NCBI GenBank assembly: GCA_902542145.1
Contig: CACBTL010000001.1
Location: forward strand, 10,389-74,388
Reading direction: 5' to 3'
DNA from: an uncultured SAR86 cluster bacterium
Lineage (GTDB): Bacteria; Pseudomonadota; Gammaproteobacteria; Magnimaribacterales; AG-339-G14
DNA: 64,000 nt
Shown here in pieces: positions 22,206 through 32,486 of this stretch; the stretch's first letter is position 1; every line of letters starts with the position of its first letter. A program made the position numbers and the translations under genes. Under the pieces are notes generated by a model, which saw only the letters and a program-made list of their open reading frames with translations, was not told the origin of the DNA and ran no database searches.

Positions 22206-22474
22206 TAAGCTTTCCTGTCGCCTGAGTGTTGTTTAAAAGTTCTGGTAGGAACAAATTCACCTAACTTATGTCCAACCATGTCCTCTTGAATGAATATAGG
22301 CACGTGTTGCCTACCGTTATGGATGGAGATTGTTAAACCGACCATTTCTGGAGAGATCAGTGACCTTCTGGACCATGTCTTGATGGGTCTCTTGTCTTTA
22401 GACTCAACAGCTTTTGAGACTTTATCCATCAAATGATGATCGATAAACGGACCTTTTTTTATTGAGCGTGGCAT
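22205..22474 (-). CDS. rpsS: 30S ribosomal protein S19
   Basis: [15 protein letters not shown]...[11 protein letters not shown]...GHKLGEF is the S19 signature. Confidence 0.98.
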   Translation of the reverse strand: MPRSIKKGPFIDHHLMDKVSKAVESKDKRPIKTWSRRSLISPEMVGLTISIHNGRQHVPIFIQEDMVGHKLGEFVPTRTFKQHSGDRKA

Positions 22475-22476
22475 GT

Positions 22477-23301
22477 CTATTTCTTCCTTCTTCTAATGAT
22501 TTGTTTATCTGTTCTCTTATTGCTTCTTGTTCTGTAGCCTTTCGTAGGAACTCCCCAAGGTGATACTGGATGCCTACCTCCAGAAGTTCTTCCTTCTCCT
22601 CCACCATGCGGATGATCTATAGGGTTCATTGCAACACCTCTAACGGTGGGCCTAACTCCTAACCATCTTTTTGCTCCTGCTTTACCAATAGATTTTAAAG
22701 AATGCTCAGAATTAGACACTGTTCCAAGAACAGCCCTACATTCGACAGGCACTCTTCTTACCTCTCCGCTTTTCATTCTTAGGGTTGCTGTATTTCCTTC
22801 TTTTGCAACAAATTGAACATAGGATCCAGCACTTCTTGCTATTTGAGCACCTTTTTTCGGTTTGAGCTCCACGCAATGAATAGTAGAACCTACAGGGATA
22901 AAATTAAGATCAAGAGCATTCCCTACTTTGATTGGAGCATCGTTACCAGATTGGACCGTATCTCCTTGATTTAGGCCGGAGGGAGCAATAATGTATCTAC
23001 GTTCACCATCTGAATATAACAATAAAGCTATATGAGCTGATCTATTAGGATCGTATTCAATTCTTTCTACAGTAGCGGGTATCCCGTCTTTTGTTCGTTT
23101 AAAGTCAATGACTCTATAATGTTGTTTATGTCCACCACCTTGGTGTCTTACGGTTATTCTTCCCCTATTGTTTCTTCCGCCATTTTTACATTTTGTAGCC
23201 AATAAAGGAGCATGAGGTTTACCCTTATGAATGTTCTGATCTACTTGGAAGCTTCTAAATCTTCTTCCCGCAGATGTTGGTTTTGCTCTAACTACAGTCA
23301 T
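22477..23301 (-). CDS. rplB: 50S ribosomal protein L2
   Basis: 274 aa with [31 protein letters not shown], typical of L2. Confidence 0.98.
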   Translation of the reverse strand: MTVVRAKPTSAGRRFRSFQVDQNIHKGKPHAPLLATKCKNGGRNNRGRITVRHQGGGHKQHYRVIDFKRTKDGIPATVERIEYDPNRSAHIALLLYSDGERRYIIAPSGLNQGDTVQSGNDAPIKVGNALDLNFIPVGSTIHCVELKPKKGAQIARSAGSYVQFVAKEGNTATLRMKSGEVRRVPVECRAVLGTVSNSEHSLKSIGKAGAKRWLGVRPTVRGVAMNPIDHPHGGGEGRTSGGRHPVSPWGVPTKGYRTRSNKRTDKQIIRRRKK

Positions 23302-23303
23302 TT

Positions 23304-23600
23304 TTATTCAATTGATAAATCTATTTGATTGCCTTCCTTAAGAAAAACATAAGCTTTCTTCCAATCACTTTTTTTTCTAATTTTATTCTTGAGTGTTCTT
23401 TTTGTTTTGCCTTTGACGTTTACAATATTTACTTTTTCAACTTCAACTTTATATAAAGATTCTATTGCTTTTTTTACTTGAAGCTTGTTAGCAGAAGAAG
23501 AAACTTTAAAAACGTAACTATTAGCATTTTGAATAGCTAAAGAAGCTTTCTCAGAAAGATGAGATGAATTTAATACTTTTAATGGGTGCAATTGACTCAT
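23304..23600 (-). CDS. rplW: 50S ribosomal protein L23
   Basis: 98 aa between rplD and rpl[27 protein letters not shown] is L23-like. Confidence 0.95.
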   Translation of the reverse strand: MSQLHPLKVLNSSHLSEKASLAIQNANSYVFKVSSSANKLQVKKAIESLYKVEVEKVNIVNVKGKTKRTLKNKIRKKSDWKKAYVFLKEGNQIDLSIE

Positions 23601-24202
23601 GAATATGCCCCTATAATTTTTTCTAAAGATTTATCTGTGAGTAAGATTTTTTCATGAGAAATTAAATCTACCGGATTGATTTGATCAGCCGTAGTGATAT
23701 CAATATTTTTTAAATTCCTAGACGCTAAATGAAGATTTTCAGAAATCTCATCTAAAATTATCGTTATAGAAGAAGTCTCAAATGGAGAGATTAATTCTAA
23801 TAATTTTTTTGTTTTTGGTTCATCTAGAGAAAAATCTTTTACCATGATTATTCTTTCCTCTTTGGCTAATTTGGATAGGATTGATTTAATCCCATTTTTG
23901 AACATCTTTTTATTTATTTTTTTCTTCGTAAGTTGAGGTCTAGCGGCAAATGTAACACCACCTGATCTCCAAATCGGTCCACGAGTTGTTCCGGCTCTTG
24001 CTCTACCGGTTCCTTTTTGTCTCCAAGGTTTTTTCCCGCCACCGCTGACATCAGATCTATTTTTTTGAGCTTTAGTGCCGCTATGATTATTTGAAATTAC
24101 AGTGTTTACTAATTGATGAACAAGATCCTCGTTAAAATCTTGTTCAAATATAGTCTCAGGCAAATCTGCTGAAGTTTTTTCTTTGTAGTAGGATAGCTGC
24201 AT
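23597..24202 (-). CDS. rplD: 50S ribosomal protein L4
   Basis: 201 aa with GGGKKPWRQKGTGRARAGTTRGPIWRSGG, typical of L4. Confidence 0.97.
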   Translation of the reverse strand: MQLSYYKEKTSADLPETIFEQDFNEDLVHQLVNTVISNNHSGTKAQKNRSDVSGGGKKPWRQKGTGRARAGTTRGPIWRSGGVTFAARPQLTKKKINKKMFKNGIKSILSKLAKEERIIMVKDFSLDEPKTKKLLELISPFETSSITIILDEISENLHLASRNLKNIDITTADQINPVDLISHEKILLTDKSLEKIIGAYS

Positions 24203-24207
24203 TGTGA

Positions 24208-24843
24208 TTAGTTTTTAGTTGCTGGCTTTATAAGGACAGGCGAGCCTTTTGCTCCAGGTAATGCACCTTTTACTAAAATAAGATTATTTTCCGCATCTAT
24301 TTTTTGTATTTGTAAATTTTGTGTTGTCTGGCGAGTGTTTCCTAAATGACCTGCCATTTTTTTTCCTTTCCAAACCCTTCCTGGAGTTTGACATTGACCA
24401 ATAGATCCGGGTTTCCTATGTGCTAAAGAATTTCCGTGTGTTGCATCTTGCGTTGCAAAATTCCAACGTTTGACCGTCCCGGCAAAGCCTTTGCCTTTAG
24501 TTGTACCGGTTACATCGATTATCTGACCCTCTTCAAACATGTTTAATTCCAATGATTGACCTAGTTCGATATTTTCTAAGTCTGATTCTTGGATTCTGAA
24601 TTCTTTAATTGTTTTTGCTGAGGGGATATTTGATTTATTGAGATGAGCTTTTTCGGGTTTTGTGAGATGTTTTTCTTTTTTGGTTCCGGTAGATATTTGT
24701 ACTGATGAGTAACCTTCTGAATCAATTTTTTTTATTTGGGTTACAACATTGGAGTCTATTTTTACCACGGTAACAGGCACAGAATTTCCATCTTCTGTGA
24801 AAACCCGGGACATTCCCTCTTTAATGCCTATCAATCCAATCAT
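24208..24843 (-). CDS. rplC: 50S ribosomal protein L3
   Basis: MIGLIGIKEGMSRVFTEDG and GKGFAGTVKRWNF, typical of L3. Confidence 0.97.
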   Translation of the reverse strand: MIGLIGIKEGMSRVFTEDGNSVPVTVVKIDSNVVTQIKKIDSEGYSSVQISTGTKKEKHLTKPEKAHLNKSNIPSAKTIKEFRIQESDLENIELGQSLELNMFEEGQIIDVTGTTKGKGFAGTVKRWNFATQDATHGNSLAHRKPGSIGQCQTPGRVWKGKKMAGHLGNTRQTTQNLQIQKIDAENNLILVKGALPGAKGSPVLIKPATKN

Positions 24844-24844
24844 T

Positions 24845-25168
24845 TTATTTACTTAACTCATCTAGTGAGATTTGAACGTCAACCCCAGCGGAAAGATCAA
24901 GCTTCATTAAAGCATCGACAGTTTTTTCAGTGGGCTTGATGATATCCATCACTCTTTTATAGGTTCTAATTTCATATTGATCTCTTGCATCTTTATCCTT
25001 ATGCGGCGAGATTAATATAGTAGTGCGACTTTTTTTGACAGGCATTGGTATTGGTCCTTTAACAACCGCGCCAGTTCTTTTAACAGTATCAACAATTTCT
25101 CTTGCCGATTTATCAATTAATTTATTGTCAAAAGCTTTGAGCCGAATTCTAATATTCTGGTCTTGCAA
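24845..25168 (-). CDS. rpsJ: 30S ribosomal protein S10
   Basis: (TTG)[13 protein letters not shown]... matches the S10 N-terminus. TTG at 25168..25166 is preceded by a GGAGGT Shine-Dalgarno sequence. The track start (TTG at 25180) lies inside that SD. Confidence 0.95.
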   Translation of the reverse strand: MQDQNIRIRLKAFDNKLIDKSAREIVDTVKRTGAVVKGPIPMPVKKSRTTILISPHKDKDARDQYEIRTYKRVMDIIKPTEKTVDALMKLDLSAGVDVQISLDELSK

Positions 25169-25206
25169 ACCAACCTCCAAAAGTAATAAATATCTGTTAA
25201 AGAACT

Positions 25207-25230
25207 AATCGATTTATCCGTAAATCGATT
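25207..25230 (-). promoter_or_regulatory. S10-operon leader hairpin (possible attenuator)
   Basis: Perfect 10-bp inverted repeat AATCGATTTA/TAAATCGATT with a 4-nt loop. On the transcribed strand it is followed by AGUUCUUU. It lies between the predicted S10 promoter and the rpsJ SD. Confidence 0.4.
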
Positions 25231-25254
25231 CATCCATCTCACGGACGAGCGGCA

Positions 25255-25283
25255 ATTCTATTGGGACATCGATGCGATGTCAA
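25255..25283 (-). promoter_or_regulatory. Putative sigma70 promoter of the S10-spc-alpha operons (TTGACA-17-TAGAAT)
   Basis: Minus strand reads TTGACA (25283..25278), a 17-nt spacer, then TAGAAT (25260..25255). The GC-rich discriminator TGCCGCTCGTCCG follows. It sits in the 123-nt fusA-rpsJ spacer. Confidence 0.55.
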
Positions 25284-25291
25284 CAAGCGTA

Positions 25292-27409
25292 TTAGCTTTT
25301 ATTTATGATAGATTCTGCAACGTTATTGGGGACTTCAGCGTACTTTAGAGGCTCCATAGTAAACGTTGCCCTACCTTGAGTTGCAGATCTTAAATCAGTA
25401 GCGTATCCAAACATTTCAGCAAGTGGAACTTCTCCATTGAGAGCCTTACCAGATGGTATATCATTCATTCCTTGGACAATTCCTCTTCTTCTATTTAGGT
25501 CTCCTACTACATCTCCCATGTATTCTTCTGGAGTCACAACTTCTAACTTCATAATTGGTTCGAGCAGAACAGGCTTAGCTCTCATGGCCCCATCTTTTAA
25601 AGCTTGTGAAGCAGCAACTTTGAAAGCTATCTCACTTGAATCTACATCGTGGAAAGAACCATCATAAAGAGTTACTTTTACATCAATTAAAGGATAACCA
25701 GCAATTACGCCGGCTTCCATTTGTTCTTTGACGCCCTTGTCTACAGCTGGTATAAATTCTCTTGGAATGGTTCCACCAACTATAGAATTAACAAATTCAT
25801 AAATATCTTTATCTTCTTCTTCCGTCTCTTCGTGGACTAAGGGTTCAATTTTTATCCAAACGTGTCCGTATTGTCCTTTACCACCCGATTGTCTTACAAA
25901 CTTTCCTTCAGACTCAACCATTTGCCTGATAGTTTCTCTATAGGCTACCTGAGGCTTACCAATATTAGCTTCGACATCAAACTCTCGTTTCATCCTGTCA
26001 ACAATTACGTCTAAGTGAAGCTCTCCCATACCTGATATTATCGTTTGACCTGATTCTTCATCACTATTCACTCTAAAAGATGGATCCTCTTGAGCTAGCC
26101 TTCCTAACGCGGTAGACATTTTTTCCTGATCTGTTTTAGTTTTTGGTTCAACGGCAACTGAAATCACTGGCTCTGGGAATGTCATCTTTTCTAAGATGAT
26201 AGCCTTGTCTCTATCGCAAAGAGTTTCTCCTGTGCTGACATCTTTCAGACCTATTACTGCACATATATCGCCTGCCCTTACTTCAGATATTTCTGTTCTG
26301 TTGTTAGCGTGCATCTGCAACATCCTCCCGATTCTTTCTTTGGATCTTCGGGATGGTGAATAAACGGAATCTCCAGACGATAAAACACCTGAATAGACTC
26401 TTATAAAGGTTAAGGTACCTACAAATGGATCTGTAGCAATCTTGAAAGCAAGGGCTGAGAATGGCTCCTCGTCGCTAGAAGATCTCTGATCTTCAGTTTC
26501 TTCGTCTTCCAAAACACCTTTAATAGCTTCAACCTCATCAGGAGATGGCAGATAATTGATTACCGCGTCTAGTACGCACTGAACTCCTTTGTTTTTAAAT
26601 GCTGAACCACATAGACATAGTACTATTTCATTAGCTAAGGTTCTTTGTCTCAGTCCTGCGATGATTTCTTCTTCAGTAAGATCTCCATTTTCGAGGTACT
26701 TATCCATTAAATCTTCCGAAGCCTCAGCGGCAGATTCAAGCATCTGCTCTCTGTAATCTTCACACTCAGCTAACATTGATTCAGGAATATCTTCTTCCCT
26801 ATAGGATTTCCCCATATCATCAAGGTCAAAATAAAGAGCTTTCATTGAAATTAAATCAACCATTCCTTCAAAGTCATCTTCAGCACCGATTGGAAGGTTG
26901 ATAGGGACTGGTGAGGCGCCTAATCTATCTTTCATTTGCTGAACAACATTAAGAAAGTTTGCTCCAGCTCTATCCATTTTATTAATGAAAGCAATTCTAG
27001 GAACCTTATAACGATTTGCTTGTCTCCAAACTGTTTCAGACTGGGGTTCAACTCCTGAGCTACCACAGAAGACAACAACTGCTCCATCCAGTACTCTCAA
27101 AGATCTTTCAACTTCAATAGTAAAATCTACGTGACCAGGCGTATCAATAATATTGACTCGGTGTTCATCAAATTGTTGTTTCATTCCCTTCCAGAAACAA
27201 GTTGTAGCAGCTGATGTTATGGTAATACCTCTTTCTTGCTCCTGCTCCATCCAATCCATAGTCGCAGCACCATCATGGACTTCTCCAATTTTGTGAGAAA
27301 TACCTGTGTAATATAGAACCCTTTCTGTAGTTGTTGTTTTTCCGGCATCTACGTGGGCGCAAATACCGATGTTTCTATATAGTTTAAGTGGAACCTTTCT
27401 GCCGCTCAT
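25292..27409 (-). CDS. fusA: Elongation factor G
   Basis: 705 aa with [24 protein letters not shown] (G1), DTPGHVDF (G3) and NKMD (G4). Confidence 0.98.
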   Translation of the reverse strand: MSGRKVPLKLYRNIGICAHVDAGKTTTTERVLYYTGISHKIGEVHDGAATMDWMEQEQERGITITSAATTCFWKGMKQQFDEHRVNIIDTPGHVDFTIEVERSLRVLDGAVVVFCGSSGVEPQSETVWRQANRYKVPRIAFINKMDRAGANFLNVVQQMKDRLGASPVPINLPIGAEDDFEGMVDLISMKALYFDLDDMGKSYREEDIPESMLAECEDYREQMLESAAEASEDLMDKYLENGDLTEEEIIAGLRQRTLANEIVLCLCGSAFKNKGVQCVLDAVINYLPSPDEVEAIKGVLEDEETEDQRSSSDEEPFSALAFKIATDPFVGTLTFIRVYSGVLSSGDSVYSPSRRSKERIGRMLQMHANNRTEISEVRAGDICAVIGLKDVSTGETLCDRDKAIILEKMTFPEPVISVAVEPKTKTDQEKMSTALGRLAQEDPSFRVNSDEESGQTIISGMGELHLDVIVDRMKREFDVEANIGKPQVAYRETIRQMVESEGKFVRQSGGKGQYGHVWIKIEPLVHEETEEEDKDIYEFVNSIVGGTIPREFIPAVDKGVKEQMEAGVIAGYPLIDVKVTLYDGSFHDVDSSEIAFKVAASQALKDGAMRAKPVLLEPIMKLEVVTPEEYMGDVVGDLNRRRGIVQGMNDIPSGKALNGEVPLAEMFGYATDLRSATQGRATFTMEPLKYAEVPNNVAESIINKS

Positions 27410-27430
27410 ATTTAAATTGTGTTTATCTTA

Positions 27431-27901
27431 TTAAAATCTGAAATGTGAAAATGCCTTATTTGCATCAGCCATTTTGTGGGTATCTTGTCTCTTTTTGACA
27501 GCTTCTCCCCTGCCGTCTGACGCGTCTAGTAATTCGTTAGCTAACTTGTCAGCCATTTTCTTTTCTGATCTTTTTTTCGCACTGGTCACTAACCATCTCA
27601 TTGCAAGAGCCATTTTTCTGGAAGACTTTACTTCTATTGGAACTTGATAAGTTGCTCCACCTACTCTTCTGGATTTAACTTCAACTTGAGGTGCAACTTG
27701 GTCTAAAGCATCGTCAAATACTTTTAAAGGATCTTGTTTAGATTTAGCAGAGATTTGATCTAAAGCAGAGTACATTATTTTTTCAGCAACACTTTTTTTT
27801 CCGCGTTGCATGATCTGATTAATAAACTTTGCAACTTTAATGCTGTTAAATTTTGGATCAGCAAGTATGTCTCTTTTTGGAACTGGACCTTTTCTTGGCA
27901 T
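27431..27901 (-). CDS. rpsG: 30S ribosomal protein S7
   Basis: [18 protein letters not shown]... and [13 protein letters not shown], typical of S7. Confidence 0.98.
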   Translation of the reverse strand: MPRKGPVPKRDILADPKFNSIKVAKFINQIMQRGKKSVAEKIMYSALDQISAKSKQDPLKVFDDALDQVAPQVEVKSRRVGGATYQVPIEVKSSRKMALAMRWLVTSAKKRSEKKMADKLANELLDASDGRGEAVKKRQDTHKMADANKAFSHFRF

Positions 27902-27910
27902 ATTTTTGAA

Positions 27911-28282
27911 TTATTTAGGTTTTTTGGATCCGTATTTAGATCTTCTTTGCTTTCTGTCATCAACTCCCGAAGTATCAAGAGTACCTCTGACGGTATGGTA
28001 TCTAACACCGGGTAGGTCTTTTACTCTTCCGCCTCTTAGTAGAACAACAGAGTGCTCTTGCAAGTTGTGACCTTCTCCGCCAATGTAGGAAATAACTTCG
28101 TAACCTGATGTCAATCTGACTTTACAAACTTTTCTAAGAGCCGAATTAGGCTTCTTTGGAGTCGTAGTATAAACACGAGTGCAGACACCCCTTCTTTGTG
28201 GACATCTGTTTAAAGCTGGAACATCCGACTTTGCAGATTTGCTCTTTCTCGGTTTTTTTATGAGTTGATTAACAGTAGCCAT
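27911..28282 (-). CDS. rpsL: 30S ribosomal protein S12
   Basis: [13 protein letters not shown]...[19 protein letters not shown]...[14 protein letters not shown] is the S12 signature. Confidence 0.98.
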   Translation of the reverse strand: MATVNQLIKKPRKSKSAKSDVPALNRCPQRRGVCTRVYTTTPKKPNSALRKVCKVRLTSGYEVISYIGGEGHNLQEHSVVLLRGGRVKDLPGVRYHTVRGTLDTSGVDDRKQRRSKYGSKKPK

Positions 28283-28293
28283 TTTGGTGTGCG

Positions 28294-28322
28294 ATTTTAG
28301 ATATGAAGATAGTCTAGGTCAA
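28294..28322 (-). promoter_or_regulatory. Putative sigma70 promoter of rpsL-rpsG-fusA (TTGACC-17-TAAAAT)
   Basis: Minus strand reads TTGACC (28322..28317), a 17-nt spacer, then TAAAAT (28299..28294). Only CGCACACCAAA (11 nt, no SD) separates it from the rpsL ATG. Confidence 0.35.
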
Positions 28323-28336
28323 ACATTATTTAATTA

Positions 28337-31300
28337 TTATTCAGAGATCTCTGTTCCTTCCATAGCTTCAGCTAGCTCCATTTCCAAATTAGACTCAATT
28401 TCATCTTTTTCAGCATAGAAACCAGTACCAGCAGGAATTAATTTACCAATAATTACATTTTCTTTGAGTCCTCTAAGCTTATCGATTTTGCCAGTCACAG
28501 CCGCTTCTGTAAGAACTCTTGTTGTTTCTTGGAAAGATGCAGCTGATACGAATGAGTCAGTAGCTAGTGAAGCCTTAGTAATTCCAAGAAGAATTCTGTC
28601 AAATTCAATTAAAGCTTTTCCATCTTCAGAAAGAGTTTTATTTTTTTCAGCAACTGCAGATAGTTCGGCCTGTTCACCTAAAATAAAGTCAGAATCGCCA
28701 GGATCAGTGATTTCAACTTTTCTTAGCATTTGTCTCAAAATCACCTCTATGTGTTTATCAGATATCTCAACTCCTTGGAGTCTATAGACATCTTGTATTT
28801 CATTCACAACATAATCGGTGAGTTCTTCAACCCCTTTTAGGGCAAGAATATCGTGAGGACTTAAAGGTCCATCGCTTACTACATCTCCTTTGCTAACCAT
28901 CTCTCCTTCGAAAACATTAATATTTCTAGTTTTAGGAATAAGCGTCTCTGAAGTTACTTCCTCTTTGCCATCCATTTTAGTTATGACTAATCTTCTTTTT
29001 CCTTTAGTTTCTTTACCCCAAGAAACCACCCCAGACATATCAGCTAGAATTGCTTCCTCTTTTGGTTTTCTGGCTTCAAATAAATCTGCAACTCTTGGTA
29101 AACCACCAGTAATATCTCTAGTTTTAGATGATTCTTTAGGAATACGAGCAATGACATCACCAACTTTAATTTTTGAATTATTTGTCAAGCCAAGAATAGA
29201 GTTACCTTCGAGAGAATATACTGCAGCGTGCTTGCCTCCAGGTAAAGTAACTTCTTTTCCTTTTTCATCCAAAATACTTACAGATGGACTTAGCTCCTTA
29301 CCTGATGAAGATCTTTCAGAAACATCCAAGACTTGAGTGCTACTCAATCCAGTTAGATCATCCTGTATGGTCTTAACTGTGATGCTTTCTTCCATATCAG
29401 ATAATTTAACTTTACCTTCAACTTCAGAAATTATAGGTCTCGTATGTGGATCCCAAGATGCAATGATATCTCCTGCCTTGGCTTGGTCTCCATCATTAAC
29501 AGAAATAATAGCTCCATAAGGAACCTTGTATCTTTCTTTCTCCTGACCATTTTCATCCGATACCGATATCTCAGCTGATCTTGATATACATACATTTTTC
29601 TTTTCTCTATTTACAAGTGAATTAAGATTTGTGTACTTGACACTACCGTCGTATTTAATTTGAACTTTATCTTCTTCAGAAGACCTCGAGGCTGCACCTC
29701 CTATATGAAAAGTTCTCATTGTTAATTGTGTGCCAGGCTCACCTATTGATTGAGCGGCTACAATTCCTACAGCTTCTCCAGGATCAACAAGATTCCCTCT
29801 CCCTAAGTCTCTTCCATAACACATTGAACAGATTCCGTAGGCTGTGTCACAAGTTATAGGCGATCTTACAAAGATTGTATCAATAGAGTGATTTCCTAAT
29901 TCTTGAGCAATAGCTTCATCAATTACAGTATTTGCGGGCAACTTAAATGCTCCGTCTGCTGAAGAAACTTCTTTTGCTGTGACTCTACCTAAGACTCTGT
30001 CTTTAAGCTCAAGTACAGTTTCGCCTCCTTCAATAATTGATTTAATTTCAATTCCTCTGTTAGTTTCGCAATCAACTTCTCTGACCACTAAATCTTGAGC
30101 TACATCAACTAACCTTCTAGTTAAATAACCGGAGTTGGCGGTTTTCAGAGCAGTATCTGCCAGGCCTTTTCTTGCTCCATGAGTGGAAGTAAAGTATTGC
30201 AATACAGTTAACCCTTCTCTGAAATTTGCAGTTATAGGAGTTTCAATAATTGATCCGTCTGGCTTAGCCATTAGGCCTCTCATTCCTGCAAGCTGTCTTA
30301 CTTGTGCGGGTGAACTTCTTGCGCCAGAATCTAAATACATGTAAACAGAGTTAAATGAATCTTGATCAACTTCTTCTCCGTCTTTATTGGTAACTTTCTC
30401 TGTAGAAATAGTGTCCATAAGAGAATTTGCAACTTTTTCGTTAGCACGAGACCAAATATCAATTACCTTGTTGTATTTTTCTCCTTGGGTCACCAAACCA
30501 GAAGAATATTGAGCCTCAATATCTTTTACCTCTTGCTCAGATTTCTCAATAATTTCAGCCTTATCATCTGGGATTAAACAATCATCAACGCATATTGAGG
30601 AACCGGATTTAGTAGAATATTCATAACCTTGATACATAAGTTGATCTGCAAATATTACAGTATCTTTCAAACCGCAATCTCTATAACAAGTATTTATTAG
30701 ATCGGAAATACCTTTGCTGGTTAGAGTCTTATTGAATTGTTCAAAATTTAATCCGTCTGGGGAAATTTGATAAAGTAATGCTCTTCCAACAGTAGTATCT
30801 TTAATTTCACTTTGACCATCATTATTTTTGACTCTTACTTTAACTTTTGCTTGAAGTTCAACTGCATCTGATTCAAAAGCTCTGGATACCTCTTTAACGT
30901 CTGCAAATATAGATCCCTCGCCTTTTGCATTAATTTTTTCTCTTGTCATGTAGTAAATTCCTAACACAACATCTTGGGATGGATCTATGATTGGCCTACC
31001 ATTTGAAGGTGAAAGAATATTATTACTAGCCATAAGCAAGGCACGGCATTCAAGTTGAGATTCCAAGGTTAGCGGAACGTGAACAGCCATTTGATCGCCA
31101 TCGAAATCTGCGTTGTAAGCTTTACAAACTAGAGGATGTAATTGGATGGCTTTACCTTCAATAAGTAATGGTTCAAAAGCTTGGATTCCCAATCTATGGA
31201 GTGTTGGAGCTCTATTTAAAAGAATAGGATGTTCCTTTATAACGTCGGCTAAAATATCCCAAACAACGGGCTCTTCTCTCTCAACCATTCTCTTTGCACC

Positions 31301-32482
31301 TTTGATAGTAGTTGCTAGCTCAAGATTTTGAAGCTTCCCAAATACAAATGGTTTGAAAAGTTCAAGAGCCATTTTTTTAGGTAGACCACATTGATGCAAT
31401 TTTAAGGTAGGTCCGACCACGATCACTGAACGGCCAGAATAATCAACCCTTTTTCCTAAGAGGTTTTGTCTAAATCTTCCTTGCTTACCTTTTATCATGT
31501 CAGCTAAAGATTTGAGAGGTCTTTTGTTCGAACCAGTTATAGCTCTTCCTCTTCTTCCATTATCTAAAAGAGCGTCAACTGATTCTTGGAGCATTCTTTT
31601 TTCATTTCTGACAATAATTTCAGGAGCATTGAGTTCCATTAATCTTTTAAGCCTATTGTTTCTGTTTATCACTCTTCTATATAAGTCGTTAAGATCTGAA
31701 GTAGCAAATCTTCCTCCTTCAAGAGGAACCAAAGGTCTTAAATCTGGAGGAAGTACAGGCAACACATCGAGGATCATCCATTCAGGCTTATTGGAAGAAT
31801 TATTGAATGATTTTATGATTTTCATCCTTTTAGAAAGTTTTTTTATTTTTGCTTCAGACTTGGTTTCTGTCATTTGTTGTTCAATTAAAGCAATTTCATC
31901 TAATAAATCCATCTCCATTAGCAGTGTCTTGACTGCTTCTGCTCCCATTCCTGCCCTGAATTCTTCACCATAATTTTCAAGAGCTTCGTAATACTCTTCT
32001 TCGTCTAAAATCTGACAGCTTTCAAGATCTGTCATTCCTGGATCAGTAACTACAAAAGATTCAAAATATAGAATTCTTTCTAATTCTCTTAACGTCATAT
32101 CTAAAAGTAGAGCAATTCTCGAAGGCAGAGATTTTAGAAACCAAATGTGAGCAACGGGCGCAGCTAGTTCAATATGCCCCATTCTCTCTCTTCTAACTTT
32201 AGCTAATGTGACTTCTACTCCACATTTTTCACAAACTACTCCCCTGTGCTTCATTCTTTTGTATTTGCCACATATGCATTCGTAATCCTTTATGGGACCG
32301 AAAATCTTTGCGCAAAAAAGACCGTCTCTTTCAGGCTTAAATGTTCTGTAGTTTATTGTTTCTGGTTTTTTTACTTCCCCAAAAGACCATGATCTTATTT
32401 GTTGAGGTGAAGCCAAACCAGCTTTGATAGCATTGAAATCTTCTTGTTCGCCTTGGTTGAATAACTTTAATAAATCTTTCAT
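28337..32482 (-). CDS. rpoC: DNA-directed RNA polymerase subunit beta'
   Basis: [10 protein letters not shown]... is a canonical beta' N-terminus. Has the NADFDGDQM catalytic motif. ATG 32482 lies 4 nt after the rpoB stop; the track start at 32512 overlaps rpoB. Confidence 0.98.
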   Translation of the reverse strand: MKDLLKLFNQGEQEDFNAIKAGLASPQQIRSWSFGEVKKPETINYRTFKPERDGLFCAKIFGPIKDYECICGKYKRMKHRGVVCEKCGVEVTLAKVRRERMGHIELAAPVAHIWFLKSLPSRIALLLDMTLRELERILYFESFVVTDPGMTDLESCQILDEEEYYEALENYGEEFRAGMGAEAVKTLLMEMDLLDEIALIEQQMTETKSEAKIKKLSKRMKIIKSFNNSSNKPEWMILDVLPVLPPDLRPLVPLEGGRFATSDLNDLYRRVINRNNRLKRLMELNAPEIIVRNEKRMLQESVDALLDNGRRGRAITGSNKRPLKSLADMIKGKQGRFRQNLLGKRVDYSGRSVIVVGPTLKLHQCGLPKKMALELFKPFVFGKLQNLELATTIKGAKRMVEREEPVVWDILADVIKEHPILLNRAPTLHRLGIQAFEPLLIEGKAIQLHPLVCKAYNADFDGDQMAVHVPLTLESQLECRALLMASNNILSPSNGRPIIDPSQDVVLGIYYMTREKINAKGEGSIFADVKEVSRAFESDAVELQAKVKVRVKNNDGQSEIKDTTVGRALLYQISPDGLNFEQFNKTLTSKGISDLINTCYRDCGLKDTVIFADQLMYQGYEYSTKSGSSICVDDCLIPDDKAEIIEKSEQEVKDIEAQYSSGLVTQGEKYNKVIDIWSRANEKVANSLMDTISTEKVTNKDGEEVDQDSFNSVYMYLDSGARSSPAQVRQLAGMRGLMAKPDGSIIETPITANFREGLTVLQYFTSTHGARKGLADTALKTANSGYLTRRLVDVAQDLVVREVDCETNRGIEIKSIIEGGETVLELKDRVLGRVTAKEVSSADGAFKLPANTVIDEAIAQELGNHSIDTIFVRSPITCDTAYGICSMCYGRDLGRGNLVDPGEAVGIVAAQSIGEPGTQLTMRTFHIGGAASRSSEEDKVQIKYDGSVKYTNLNSLVNREKKNVCISRSAEISVSDENGQEKERYKVPYGAIISVNDGDQAKAGDIIASWDPHTRPIISEVEGKVKLSDMEESITVKTIQDDLTGLSSTQVLDVSERSSSGKELSPSVSILDEKGKEVTLPGGKHAAVYSLEGNSILGLTNNSKIKVGDVIARIPKESSKTRDITGGLPRVADLFEARKPKEEAILADMSGVVSWGKETKGKRRLVITKMDGKEEVTSETLIPKTRNINVFEGEMVSKGDVVSDGPLSPHDILALKGVEELTDYVVNEIQDVYRLQGVEISDKHIEVILRQMLRKVEITDPGDSDFILGEQAELSAVAEKNKTLSEDGKALIEFDRILLGITKASLATDSFVSAASFQETTRVLTEAAVTGKIDKLRGLKENVIIGKLIPAGTGFYAEKDEIESNLEMELAEAMEGTEISE

Positions 32483-32486
32483 TAGA

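Noticed and set aside
28464-31973. Several long plus-strand ORFs (107, 148, 60, 71, 61 and 158 aa) inside rpoC, and similar ones inside rpoB (32815..36136)
   Set aside because: All are antisense to very strongly supported essential genes. They are Ser/Leu/Ile/Phe-rich, as expected for the complement of biased codons. None has an SD or a recognisable motif.
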